This document shows, piece by piece, positions 34,082 through 44,299 of a DNA stretch of 64,000 nt. A program made the position numbers and the translations under genes. The notes beneath the pieces were generated by a model. The model was not told the DNA's origin and made no database searches. It worked only from the letters and a program-made list of their open reading frames with translations. The DNA is from Cladosporium halotolerans (taxonomy: Eukaryota), in NCBI RefSeq assembly GCF_011745625.1, contig NW_027191468.1, positions 434,001 through 498,000 on the forward strand. The letters are read 5' to 3'. The stretch's first letter is position 1, and each line of letters starts with the position of its first letter.

Positions 34082-35443
34082 ATGAAACGCATATACCTTT
34101 GTGTCATTCTGATTTTATTGTGCCTTTGTTCGGTGCCGATTTGCCTCCGCCCGCTGAGATTGTACGGAGTGTACCCAAAACCAAAACGGATCCAGAGACC
34201 AACTGGGGACAACCGCGAGCCATCATTTGGCGTCGAATTCACTGCCGATCGCTTGTTTGCTTCCGTCACGCTCGGGAACGAATCTACCTACAGCCTCGCT
34301 GTGGTCCCTGGTGACTCTGAGTACAAATCACTTATGCGCAAGTATCTCGAAACTTGCCGTCAGGCTTATCTCACACAAAAACTACCTTCGGACCCTAGCG
34401 ATCTACAGACCACGTCGACACGGGGTCGTGAGGAAGAACATGCACGGCGAGAGAGGTACATTCGCAGGCCCGAACACTCTTGGCGGGATAACTTCATGGT
34501 CTGGTTTCTCAACAAACCGCTTTATTCCCCAGAGGTATTTGAAGGTGACGAATACAAACAAGACCTCGAAGCAAAAATCGTCACAAACGCAGTCCGGAAC
34601 TTGAGACACGAAATGACGGAGGGAATGTTCCGTCTGTTCAACACCACGGAGCCTCGCTTGTGGGGATTCGCCAGCATCGTTGTACCAAATTTCTTCTTTA
34701 CCACAGTGGCCACAGAGCCTGGTCTGGGCATAGACGACGTCAACATAGACTGGAGTCGAGGACTCCAAGCAATATGGTTGCGCGACACGCTTCGAAAGTT
34801 CTCAGTGGCACTGTATCGAAACAAGTTCCGCTTGGATGAGCCGTCAGATTGGCAAGGAATACTTGACAGCTATGATCGAATGCTCGCCACCCCTACGTCT
34901 TTCCAGAGTCTATCGCACACGAGGAAGCATCACTGCATCAGAGAAGTCATGTCGGCGGAGCTTGATAACCAAATTTGTGGCGCGAGGACTCTATCTCCCA
35001 CGAGCATAGTAATTGACTACAACAACGACAGCCTTTCACTCTGGGTAGAGGGACCGCAAACCTTATGGACACCCTGGAGTACTTTTTCTGAGCTGGGTGA
35101 TCATGATGTCGTCGATCAGCAAAAGCGAGGTGATGAGTTGCTTGACCATTGGGACCGAGCTGCCGGAAAACTCGCCACATTAACTGATAGCTTGAGCCCG
35201 TCTGACAAAGGCGCCGTGGATCTGGTGTTTACCGGTCAGTGCTGGACTGATGGCCATGTAGATATGTTCAAAAACGCCTTGAAAGCGCAAAGGGTTACAG
35301 AGCAGATCCAGATAGTGAACGAAGTTCACCAGTCTGACACATTTGCAGCTAGTAAAAGAGCTGCGAGATGGGGACGGTACGACCTGGATACTTGGGATCT
35401 CTGCTACCAGTTTGTCAAGGATATAGCTCATGATGAATTGTAA
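34082..35443 (+). CDS. ER-luminal protein (signal peptide/anchor plus C-terminal HDEL), possibly with a divergent Hsp70/actin-like fold
   Basis: MKRIYLCVILILLCLCSVPIC at the N-terminus and IAHDEL* at the C-terminus. Motifs FGVEFTADRLFASV, IVVPNFF, IVIDYNNDSL, LVFTG and FAASKRAA fall in ASKHA-like order (inference). Confidence 0.75.
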   Translation: MKRIYLCVILILLCLCSVPICLRPLRLYGVYPKPKRIQRPTGDNREPSFGVEFTADRLFASVTLGNESTYSLAVVPGDSEYKSLMRKYLETCRQAYLTQKLPSDPSDLQTTSTRGREEEHARRERYIRRPEHSWRDNFMVWFLNKPLYSPEVFEGDEYKQDLEAKIVTNAVRNLRHEMTEGMFRLFNTTEPRLWGFASIVVPNFFFTTVATEPGLGIDDVNIDWSRGLQAIWLRDTLRKFSVALYRNKFRLDEPSDWQGILDSYDRMLATPTSFQSLSHTRKHHCIREVMSAELDNQICGARTLSPTSIVIDYNNDSLSLWVEGPQTLWTPWSTFSELGDHDVVDQQKRGDELLDHWDRAAGKLATLTDSLSPSDKGAVDLVFTGQCWTDGHVDMFKNALKAQRVTEQIQIVNEVHQSDTFAASKRAARWGRYDLDTWDLCYQFVKDIAHDEL

Positions 35444-35946
35444 GGGCGACCGCGATCGGGAAACTGTAAAGATAAGGCCGTTTGTGGCACATCCGCCTAG
35501 CGTTCATACAGTGATGTCAAGCGACCGGATCGGAAGCGTGAGGTATACGTTTCTTTCAGGTAGAAGTGAAGATGAATGAGAACCCGGAGGATTTTTCTAG
35601 AATGTCATATAATCAACCTTTCAGTGATCATATTCGCACAGTAACCATCCAATGATAGAAGAAAGAATCATCAGTCACGACAGCCCCTAATACAAATTGT
35701 TTTGGAAGTACGTAATCGTTGGACTTGACGAGTTCGCAGTTTCCCTGTGTACCGTGTTCTGCCAGCTAGAGATATTTCAGAACTGCGTCGTGCCTCGAGT
35801 CAACCCTCACACTTCAACAGCCTCCTCTTTTGCACTCATGCACAGCGGAGACTGCCGCGCGCTTGCTTTTCACCACTTCCTCGCTCTTACTCATATTTTC
35901 TCCTTCACATAGACAAAATCACCACCCGAGCACCTGGCCGGCCAAC

Positions 35947-37353
35947 ATGACGATCACTCAAAACTACCCAGAGGAGCTTCTACACATCAGAAGGCTCTTG
36001 CTCCTGAAGCGATACCAACAATGCATCGACGCCAGTCATTCAGTACTGAAGTCATGCGACGAGACTATTGAGAATCACCCGTTCTCTGAAGCATTCGCTA
36101 CGTTCTACCTCGCGCTTGCTCACGATGAGTTGGCGCGTTCGATGCATGAGCAGTCCTCATTCAAGATCTCGACCTTCAATCAAGCCGAGCAACACTATCG
36201 GCAGGCGATCGAAAAGTTTCCGACACTCGAGCAGTGCCACTCATTTCTGACAAAGGCTGAGTTACAACTCGACGTGTTCGAGGAAACGCCAACACCGACG
36301 CGCTGCTCATCATCTGCTAGCGAGTATTCCACATATGGAATTGACGTGCCTTCGCCGAACACACCTCCTCCTCACACCCACCCTGAATCGGATCGCGATG
36401 ACAACAGTACACCCGATGAGCCGAAGGACGCTGAAGCATCCGATAACGACAGCCAGGACGACTTCGACGATATATTGACCCCTCATCGAGTCCTACGGAG
36501 GGATATCTCTCGCATGTCTCTCCTGGACCAGCCATTGCAGCGCGATTACAGCAGCATGTCCCTCCTTGACGTTAGACCGAACCTCAGCAGATCAGTATCG
36601 CAGGGCCTGCTTAGGCCAATTCGTCCCGGCTCTCCACCGAAGCAATACCACCTACCGCCGAAACTGCCTTACAACAATCACAATCCTGCCTATCCTCGTC
36701 TCCCAAGGGCCGTATCGTCTCCGCCCCGAACCACCTCGTCCCAAGATACACCATCGCTCGCAGGTCAAAAGCGTATGCCTTCTCCGCAGACACCCGGTGC
36801 TCCGTCTAGACATTTCCACTCGACCTCAGGCGCTCAAGATACCTACACGGTATCTCCGCTTGATCCAGATTCAGCGAAAATGTACGATACTTCCAAGATC
36901 GGCTCACCTGTTTCGCCACCAACACCGCCACAACAGACTTTGCTCTGTGCACCGACACCCGCTGTACCAGAGTTAGTCCTCGACTCCGCTTCGGTCCAGG
37001 CACCTCTTGATCTCACTCTTCTCTCCGAGCACCTTTCGGGAATGCACGCTCAAATGCAAACCCACCTCGCCCTGCTCCACCAAGCCAAGCTCAGAACCAC
37101 TGTTGCGCAAGCCGAGCGCGCTGCGCGCATAGCCATGTCAAGGAGCCCGAGAGTGGGTATCACACCGAATGCCACCGCCAGTGGGAAGCGCGTCCCGCAT
37201 TCCAAGAGCTTTTGGTCTTTCACACCGGTAGACGTCAAGAAGGCTGAGAAGGAGAAGAGGATCGAGGAGCGGAGGGCGAAGGGCTGGGAGAGGAAGCGGT
37301 ACAAGTCTGAGAAGTACGTGGCGCTTGCTGAGAGCGCCCTAGCCGAATTGTGA
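35947..37353 (+). CDS. Hypothetical protein with a helical N-terminus and a Pro/Ser-rich body
   Basis: Long single ORF with ATG in good context (CCAACATGA). Charged C-terminal motif RIEERRAKGWERKRY..EKYVALAESALAEL. Confidence 0.75.
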   Translation: MTITQNYPEELLHIRRLLLLKRYQQCIDASHSVLKSCDETIENHPFSEAFATFYLALAHDELARSMHEQSSFKISTFNQAEQHYRQAIEKFPTLEQCHSFLTKAELQLDVFEETPTPTRCSSSASEYSTYGIDVPSPNTPPPHTHPESDRDDNSTPDEPKDAEASDNDSQDDFDDILTPHRVLRRDISRMSLLDQPLQRDYSSMSLLDVRPNLSRSVSQGLLRPIRPGSPPKQYHLPPKLPYNNHNPAYPRLPRAVSSPPRTTSSQDTPSLAGQKRMPSPQTPGAPSRHFHSTSGAQDTYTVSPLDPDSAKMYDTSKIGSPVSPPTPPQQTLLCAPTPAVPELVLDSASVQAPLDLTLLSEHLSGMHAQMQTHLALLHQAKLRTTVAQAERAARIAMSRSPRVGITPNATASGKRVPHSKSFWSFTPVDVKKAEKEKRIEERRAKGWERKRYKSEKYVALAESALAEL

Positions 37354-37569
37354 AGTGCGGATCGTAAGGTGGTGCTTTATGTGTACGGGAGCACTGGAGA
37401 TGACATGAGGCTGTCAAGAGACATGCTTTGCTTAAAACTACTTACATTGGCTTTGCACTCGAGGAAATTCGTCCGAGTTCGTTCGACCCTTCCAATGGTA
37501 CTTTGCTTCAGAATGTGGAACCGTCACGGCGCCAGTGTACTTCTTTTGAGCTTCCCCTCGCTCACCGTG

Positions 37570-39522
37570 TCAGCTTTCGTCGCTCTCGTCCTCATTCTCA
37601 TCCTGAGATACAGCACCAGGATCCTCATCACTGTCGTGCACGAGCGTCTCTGATTGCCGCGAAACTCCTCCATTCGCATCGTCTTCGTTCAGCTCCTCCT
37701 CATCATCTCTTGACTCCTCATGAGTCTCCGAGTCAATGCGTCGCCGTTTGCGCCTTCTAATCCCCTCAACGTCCGTCTTCCCGAATTCAGCCTGCTCGGG
37801 CAAGCCGCATGGCTGCTCCCAAGGAGCCTCATATTGAACCACTTCCCTCCAACCCGGAGGTCTTTGCTCAAATGCAGCACGCTTGAATAGGAATTCAGGC
37901 TTTGATCGTGGCTTCACGGGCAGAGGTTCTAAGCCCATAACGGAGCGAAGCTCGTTCTCCTCAACTTTGCTGTTGACACGATCGAGGGACTCAAGGTATC
38001 GTCTTTCAGCTCTATCGAAGCTGATGGGACTTAGAGGTCTTTTGCGACCTTTTTGTGTTGTCGCCTTATCGTTTTGTGGTTTGGAGTCTTCGTCATCTGA
38101 AGACTCGGAGGAGCTAGCGAATGTATAGGCGTCGCTATCGAGATCGTCGCTGTAAGTGTCGTCATTGTTTTCGATCGATTCGTCTGGGCGAGGGGCTGCG
38201 TCCGGGCTTTTCACTCCAAGCTCTAGTTCCAACTCTTTCTGGGTGAGCTTGAAGCCTCTTTTCGTTCCGTGTCTACCGTCTACGGCCCTCAGCCTGGTAG
38301 TGTCGCCATATATCTCAACGCGGCATCGCCTGACGGCTGCTGCCCAATAAGCGGGTTTGTTCACTTTCAGCCCGATGATATCTCGCGAAGCTTCGACATC
38401 ATTTCGGGTGACGTGGGGGATGTGGCGACTGTCGGACGATGCCCTCAAGCGAGAGAGACCTTGGAAGATGGCAACTTGGACTAGTCGCCGTGTGAGCGAT
38501 ACCGTCAGATTATAGAGATCGTCGAAAGCGGTCCGTCGTATACTCGGACCGGAGACGGATGGATCTCCCTCGATGACGTTGTGCCAGTTCTGTTCCAAGT
38601 TCGAGGAGTTCATGTACAGCGATCGGGAGAGTTGCAGGAAAGCGGCAGGCTTCAGGAGATGGTTGGAATTCAGCGGGTGTTCGTACTTGCTCTCATCATC
38701 CAGTTCGTGTTGAGATTCAGCGTCGTCGTAATGGTTGGGGCCAGTTTTGACCTCTTCTTCATCTTCGTCACCAGCTCCGGTGCCAGTCATGTCCACAGTA
38801 TCGTGTTTTGCTTCGATTTCGGCTGCTTGGTCTTCGTCGATCAGCCAGCCATCATCACCCCATTTCTTCTTTTCTAGGTCCTCCTCTGCATCTCTCGCTC
38901 TCTTCTCCAGCGCTTCTGCTAACAGGTACTCTGCATTCAAAGTCGTTTCTCCGATCTCCGCCGCCGCGGGAATGTCAGAAAGATCGAATTTCTCCACTCG
39001 TATGCCTGGGGCATCAAGCTCTCGAACGCCTGCCTGAAGAAGCAAGATGTAGGCTTTGACCTCGGGCTCAGACTTTGTGCTGATAGCTGCAGACAGAGCA
39101 GAAATGTTTCCAGGGCCACACGACGGGAGTGCTGAGAAGAATTTGTGCTTCTCCTGTGAGGTCCAGATTGAAACGCCGATTTGCGATGATGGTAGAGAGT
39201 CAGGGTCAGTGCCACTGTCCGGGTCCAAAGCCTCCGCCATTGACAGATTGAGAAGATCGCGATAGGCGCGGAGAATATGAGGTTTCGATTTGGGGACCTC
39301 ATCGTGGCGTTGTTTGCCTTTGCGATCCTGGCTCTCGAGCGCTGTGGGAGTCTCAGTCTTGTCGGCATGCCCGTTACCATTTTTGTCGGAAGCGAAATTT
39401 CTCTCCACGGCGCTTGCTGTTGTCACTTGTTCGCTTGAACGATCTCGGTCGCCCGAACCATCCTCATCGCTTGAATAATTCCCGCGTTTGACATGTTCGA
39501 GATCATCCGAGCCGTCGTCCAT
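37570..39522 (-). CDS. RRN5: RNA polymerase I upstream activation factor subunit Rrn5 (SANT/Myb-like)
   Basis: LPSSQIGVSIWTSQEKHKFFSAL...STKSEPEVKAYILLL, DIPAAAEI and TAFDDLYNLTVSLTRRLVQ motifs. Confidence 0.8.
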   Translation of the reverse strand: MDDGSDDLEHVKRGNYSSDEDGSGDRDRSSEQVTTASAVERNFASDKNGNGHADKTETPTALESQDRKGKQRHDEVPKSKPHILRAYRDLLNLSMAEALDPDSGTDPDSLPSSQIGVSIWTSQEKHKFFSALPSCGPGNISALSAAISTKSEPEVKAYILLLQAGVRELDAPGIRVEKFDLSDIPAAAEIGETTLNAEYLLAEALEKRARDAEEDLEKKKWGDDGWLIDEDQAAEIEAKHDTVDMTGTGAGDEDEEEVKTGPNHYDDAESQHELDDESKYEHPLNSNHLLKPAAFLQLSRSLYMNSSNLEQNWHNVIEGDPSVSGPSIRRTAFDDLYNLTVSLTRRLVQVAIFQGLSRLRASSDSRHIPHVTRNDVEASRDIIGLKVNKPAYWAAAVRRCRVEIYGDTTRLRAVDGRHGTKRGFKLTQKELELELGVKSPDAAPRPDESIENNDDTYSDDLDSDAYTFASSSESSDDEDSKPQNDKATTQKGRKRPLSPISFDRAERRYLESLDRVNSKVEENELRSVMGLEPLPVKPRSKPEFLFKRAAFEQRPPGWREVVQYEAPWEQPCGLPEQAEFGKTDVEGIRRRKRRRIDSETHEESRDDEEELNEDDANGGVSRQSETLVHDSDEDPGAVSQDENEDESDES

Positions 39523-40049
39523 CTTGCACACAATAGGGTATTATTGTATAGTGGTAATATGAACATTGTGTGCCCCGTGACATTAAAAGAATCCCCCAGC
39601 GAAATCGTGCAGACGTTGGACGGAGCCTTTGGCATCTAGAAGTCCATGTTCTGAGGATTGAATGGAAGAGCAGCAGCCAATAGCTCAGACTTGCAGAAAT
39701 GGGGACGTCGGGTGAGGTGAAACAAGCCGTGCTCAATACAACGCAACGTGAGCAAAGATTCGCAGATCCCTCGGGATCACAGGTTCGTGTATTTGACACC
39801 TGGTTATACACCTTTCACATCTATTGTACCAAAGACGCATTTACATTGTCGATAATAAAAAGTCCTATCGTGTTCACTACTTGCCGGTCACTCGCAAGAG
39901 CCTCCAAGAGCACCCAAGGAATCCACCTTCGGCTCGGGACTTCGGTCTCCCGGCGTCTGAGCTCTTCCCATCACAGCGGTTGCTGTACCTTCATTCGATC
40001 AGGAATCCCTTCTCCATTTCTCATTTCAAACACAACAAATCGATACAGC

Positions 40050-40495
40050 ATGCCTATCAACTGGTGGACAGTAGGAAGCCTCTACGGCGCAGCGTCCGTC
40101 GCTTTCGGCGCCTTCGGCGCTCACGGCCTGAAAGCCCGCGGCATCCCGGAGGCAAAGGTCGCCAACTGGGGCACCGCCGCACACTACCAAGTAAATACAC
40201 GACACTGAAACTTCGATCTAATCAGGGTTTCTTCGCTGACAGAGATTCCCAGCTCATCCACTCCGTCGCCCTGCTCGCAGTCGAGACCGCGTACCCAGGC
40301 AAGCAGAAGATCTGGGCCAAGTCGCTGCTGACGGCCGGCATGACGATGTTCAGCGGCTCGATCTACTTGCTGGTTCTCGACCCTCAACGCTTCAAGGTCA
40401 TGGGCCCCGTGACGCCGCTGGGAGGCACGGCGTTGATTGCGGGCTGGATTGCGTTGGCTGTTGGGACTAGGGGCAGGATCGCGCTGAGGTCGTGA
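40050..40495 (+). CDS. DUF423 / TMEM256 small membrane protein; intron 40191-40252
   Basis: GAFGAHGL, TAAHYQ/LIHS, FSGSIYLL and GPVTPLGG signature motifs. Confidence 0.92.
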
Positions 40496-40879
40496 GGGTT
40501 GGAGGGTTTGCGTTTGCGGATAGCGGCTCGAGACAGGTAATGTGTGAGTCCGCGAGGTAGCACGTGTTGTGGGACATTATACGATGTAGATGTATGATAG
40601 GTGTATTCTTGTAACTATTCTACTCTCTCACGAAGTATGGTCAACCGCGAGGCGATGATGGTCAGAGCCCGCCGCATGGCAATCATTTTCTCAGATTGCA
40701 TTTACGCGGTGTATTTTTTGTTTGATGGAAGAGGATCAAGTTCTTGTTTTTGGTTGTATCCAGATCTTCTAGATCTGGAGAATGCATGCGGACTGCTTAG
40801 AGCGTCTCGCGCAGAGTATGATTCGTGTTCTCGTTTCCGACACGAGAATTTCAGCCAATTGCCAGTCCAAAGGATACAA

Positions 40880-41250
40880 CGACGCTTCGCCTTTGTCTGC
40901 TGGACGACCATGAGTTTCGCACTAGCGACTCGAAGAGCCCTGCGTAGTACTTGTCCTCACGTGTCGCACAGCCAGACACCAGCGCGGCGTCGGGTTATTC
41001 GCTCTTTTCCTATTCCTCCATTTCTTGATCCACCGACGCTGCGCCTTCGACTGCTGGACGATCGCGGAACCCGCACTCGCGACTCGAAGAGCCCTGCAAA
41101 GCGTTTGTTCGCGGTGTCGCCTGGCATTGACCATGGGACTTCCACTAGCGACTCGAAGAGCCCTGCATAGTGTCATTCTCATGGCAACAGCCTGCAGTAA
41201 CACCAGCGCAGCGCCGGGTTATTCGCTATTTTTCTTTCCTCCATTTCCAG
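40880..41250. repeat. Degenerate local tandem duplication with three copies of a 19-nt core, GCGACTCGAAGAGCCCTGC
   Basis: Core at 40925-40943, 41079-41097 and 41148-41166. Flanking blocks are also duplicated (40880-40912 ~ 41034-41066; 40977-41023 ~ 41201-41247). Confidence 0.85.
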
Positions 41251-41553
41251 TTCTACTCCGGGTCGGCATGTCGTAAATTCGATTGCCTGGATCGACTGAC
41301 ACCGCACGTACCTCCTCTTTGCCTCGCAAAGCTCTTTAGGTGGATTTGCGTCCCTCATGTGGAGCATTGAAGTCTTTCAGGACCCGAAGATGTTGCCCAG
41401 TGGATTGGGTCCCGATCAAGAGTGCTGTCGGAATTGTTCACCGAGCATGCAAAGCTTGCGATGCGCTCATATGCATGATCTAGCTAACACTCGCAATTTG
41501 ATCGAGCACCTCCGATTATGCGCTGTTTTGAGATTTCCAGCCCTTAGAGTCTC

Positions 41554-42648
41554 TCACTTGGCGTGTAGCAGCATCTCCTGATAGAGGTCATCGGGCACCT
41601 TCCTCGCTAGCTCCAGAGTGACGTCTACGGTCTGCTTCGCTCTCAGAGGCTTGAAGTCAGGTTTCGGACTCGTGGTGTTGAGGAGCTGATCTCTGGCGAT
41701 GACGAGCTGAGCGACAATGCAAAGAAGGTTGAGATGTGGACCGTAGGCAAAGAGGAAGTCCCAGAGGATGAGCACCTCAGGCAGAGGAGGCGTGCACGCG
41801 CACATGGTGAGCACACTGGGGAAGGCGTAGATTTCGGCTTTCATGCCCTTCGAAAGCATGTGATTCGCCAGCTCGGGGTCCAGCAGCTCGAGCAGCCTGT
41901 CCACGAGCGCGAGGCCTTTGTGAACGCCGTCCATGCTCCCGCGGACGTAGCCGGGCACTTCCACGGTGATGAAGCGATCGAAGCCTGCGAAAGCCTCGGC
42001 TTCGCTGCGGGCGGCGTAGAGGAAAGGCGCGGCCATAACGTTCATGCCTTGCACGTATCCGACACTGGCTACAGAGTTGGTTGTCGAGGCTACATCGCCA
42101 GCCTCTGAGCCTTCGGTCCCGGCAAGAGACGCTCTTCCGTGTCGTGTGCTGACCGATGCGGGAGAGTGAAATGTGCCATCGCCGTCGCGCCCGTCTATGC
42201 TCTTTGGTATGTCCAGTGTAGGCGGAGACATCCAGCCATTGACGCGAGCCTCGTGAGCATCTTGTAACTTCCAGGCTATTGCATTGAGGACGCGAGAGAG
42301 CGTGTTTTCTGTCACGCGGCGTCGGAAGAGAGGGTCAGTGGTCAGTGTGCGGAAGGTGTCGTTGCGGATCTTGTCGTAGGCAGGCGATGCGCCCTGGCGG
42401 ACGAGGTCAAGGTACGTGTCGGTGCTGAGTGGAGGAGCGTTGAGGAGGATCAACCAGGTGTATGCGCGGAGATCAGACTGCAAACAGTGTCAGTTTGGTT
42501 TCAGCAGCGGATTGATGATGTCGCCTACCGTGCCGTCGTTGTTTGCCGGGATCCCATCAAGAAGCACAATCTGGCGGAGCTCCTCGAGGCTTGCTGTAAC
42601 ATCACCGCCCTGAGGACCTCTCTGTAGGAACAGGTCAAGGTTCGTCAT
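41554..42648 (-). CDS. BUB2: Bub2/Cdc16 TBC-domain GAP (mitotic exit / SIN regulator); exons 42648-42529 and 42477-41554
   Basis: LEELRQIVLLDGIP, LRAYTWLILL, KIRNDTFRTL, YVQGMNV, YAFPSVLT.CACTPPL and LWDFLFAYGPHLN. Confidence 0.92.
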
Positions 42649-44299
42649 TGTGTGCAGGGCTGAGTTGACGTACACAGCCTAGACGTGTGTGCGGTCGCAA
42701 TGCGGTTGGTGTTAAGGTTAATCCCAGCCAGTCGCGTCGGCAGGCGGGCGGGCGCGTCACCACGCTGGAGCGCTGCATGAAGCGCGCTCCAAAGCGGGGT
42801 CGACGGCTCGCACGTGCGCATGAAAATACGGACTGCACTCACTGATACGCAGAAGAGTGAGTACTGCGCTGATAGCTGATAAAGTGTAGGCGCCCGCAAG
42901 ATTTCTTCCTCGTTTCCTCGCTCTCATACAACTTTCTCGCGGTGATCTTGCCCTATCCCATCTGGCTTCGAGTTAACCCTTCAGCGGCACTCGTCATCGC
43001 GCTTCGTCCTCGGTGTTAGGGCCGAAGACGTGGACGTGGCGCTGCTGCTTTGCGGTATCCCTCAGGATGGCACCGCGTTGCTTGTGGTCTCCGAAATCTC
43101 GACACTGAGCTCAGCCCGTTAACGGCGGTCGCATCGGGTCAAGGACGCCGCGACCCAGCGGATGAAAGTTACTACGACGAGATCGACCCAACCGCCCGCG
43201 TTCTGCAACTCCACCGTGGGTAGCGCCAGTAGTTGAACCATTCGTTAACATGCGCATATAGTGACGACTGAGTGTTGGCGTTCGAAGCCACCCGGGCTCC
43301 GTGGGAGGCGGTCGCAGACGGCGGCGCCAGCGCTTTGACCGCTGAACTGCCGGCCGAACAAAGAGCTTACGTAGGCGTCATGTTCGCGTAGAGAAGCACG
43401 GCCAGCGCAGTGTCCTCCGTAGGGAGTGTATCTCAATGCTACCGCTACCGTGAGGTGTGAGACGAACTGTGTCTCAGCGTGGTCTCAACCTCGCCACGCC
43501 GCGGCCCAGCGCCGAATGCCCGAGAAGTCGCTGTTCTCGCTGGCTCTGCCGTTCCTCAGGGCTACCAGCGGGACCAGAATTCGCGGACCCTGCAAAGTCA
43601 TGATCACACAATCGAATCCAGTCCTAAAACGTGCCGCTAGCGGGCAGCTGGCCATCACGCAATCCTCTGGCTCTGGCCTGCAGCTCCACCACCGAACGTA
43701 ATCCGCTTGGCCCTATGGCAATGACCTCGCGGCGATGGCGTCTTTTCTATCGTTGATGTTGCAATTGCTCCCCTGACCTCGCCTTGCTGTCTTCGCGTGC
43801 TTGCCACGCTTCTGTCTCTGCTCGCAGCCAACCACGCAGCACCCTCACCCAGCACCGAACGACTGCATCTGCAGATCGCCCCGTCACCCGCGAACCTTCG
43901 CCGCCCCGTCGTCTGGGTCGACCATCTCGACGATTGCAGACCGTTACGACGAGCCGTCGTCCCTCGCGTGGTGTTCTCCGGAAGACATCGCGTGCTCATC
44001 AACAGCTCTTTGCCTCTCCTCGCGTGCTCTCGCGCCAGCCCGTGTCTGGCCCTTGCCAGGTCCCGGAGCCCTACCTCCTGCCTGCTCCATTGGCTGCCTT
44101 CGCTCATGGGCGTGTCTTCCTCCTAGACCTATCGAAAAGCGTTGTTCTTAGCAGCTCCAGAGCAATCTTCGGCCGACTTGGCGCATTGTGGCTGTCAGCC
44201 ACCACCACTCGTGATCATCTGTCTATTGCTTAAGTAGCGAAGCTTTGCTCGTTCTCCGTCCGCAGAGGTATCGCCCAGCCCTGCCGCGACAACTCAAAC

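Noticed and set aside
40925..41166. CRISPR-like array
   Set aside because: Eukaryotic DNA, only three repeats, very unequal spacers that are themselves homologous, and no cas genes.
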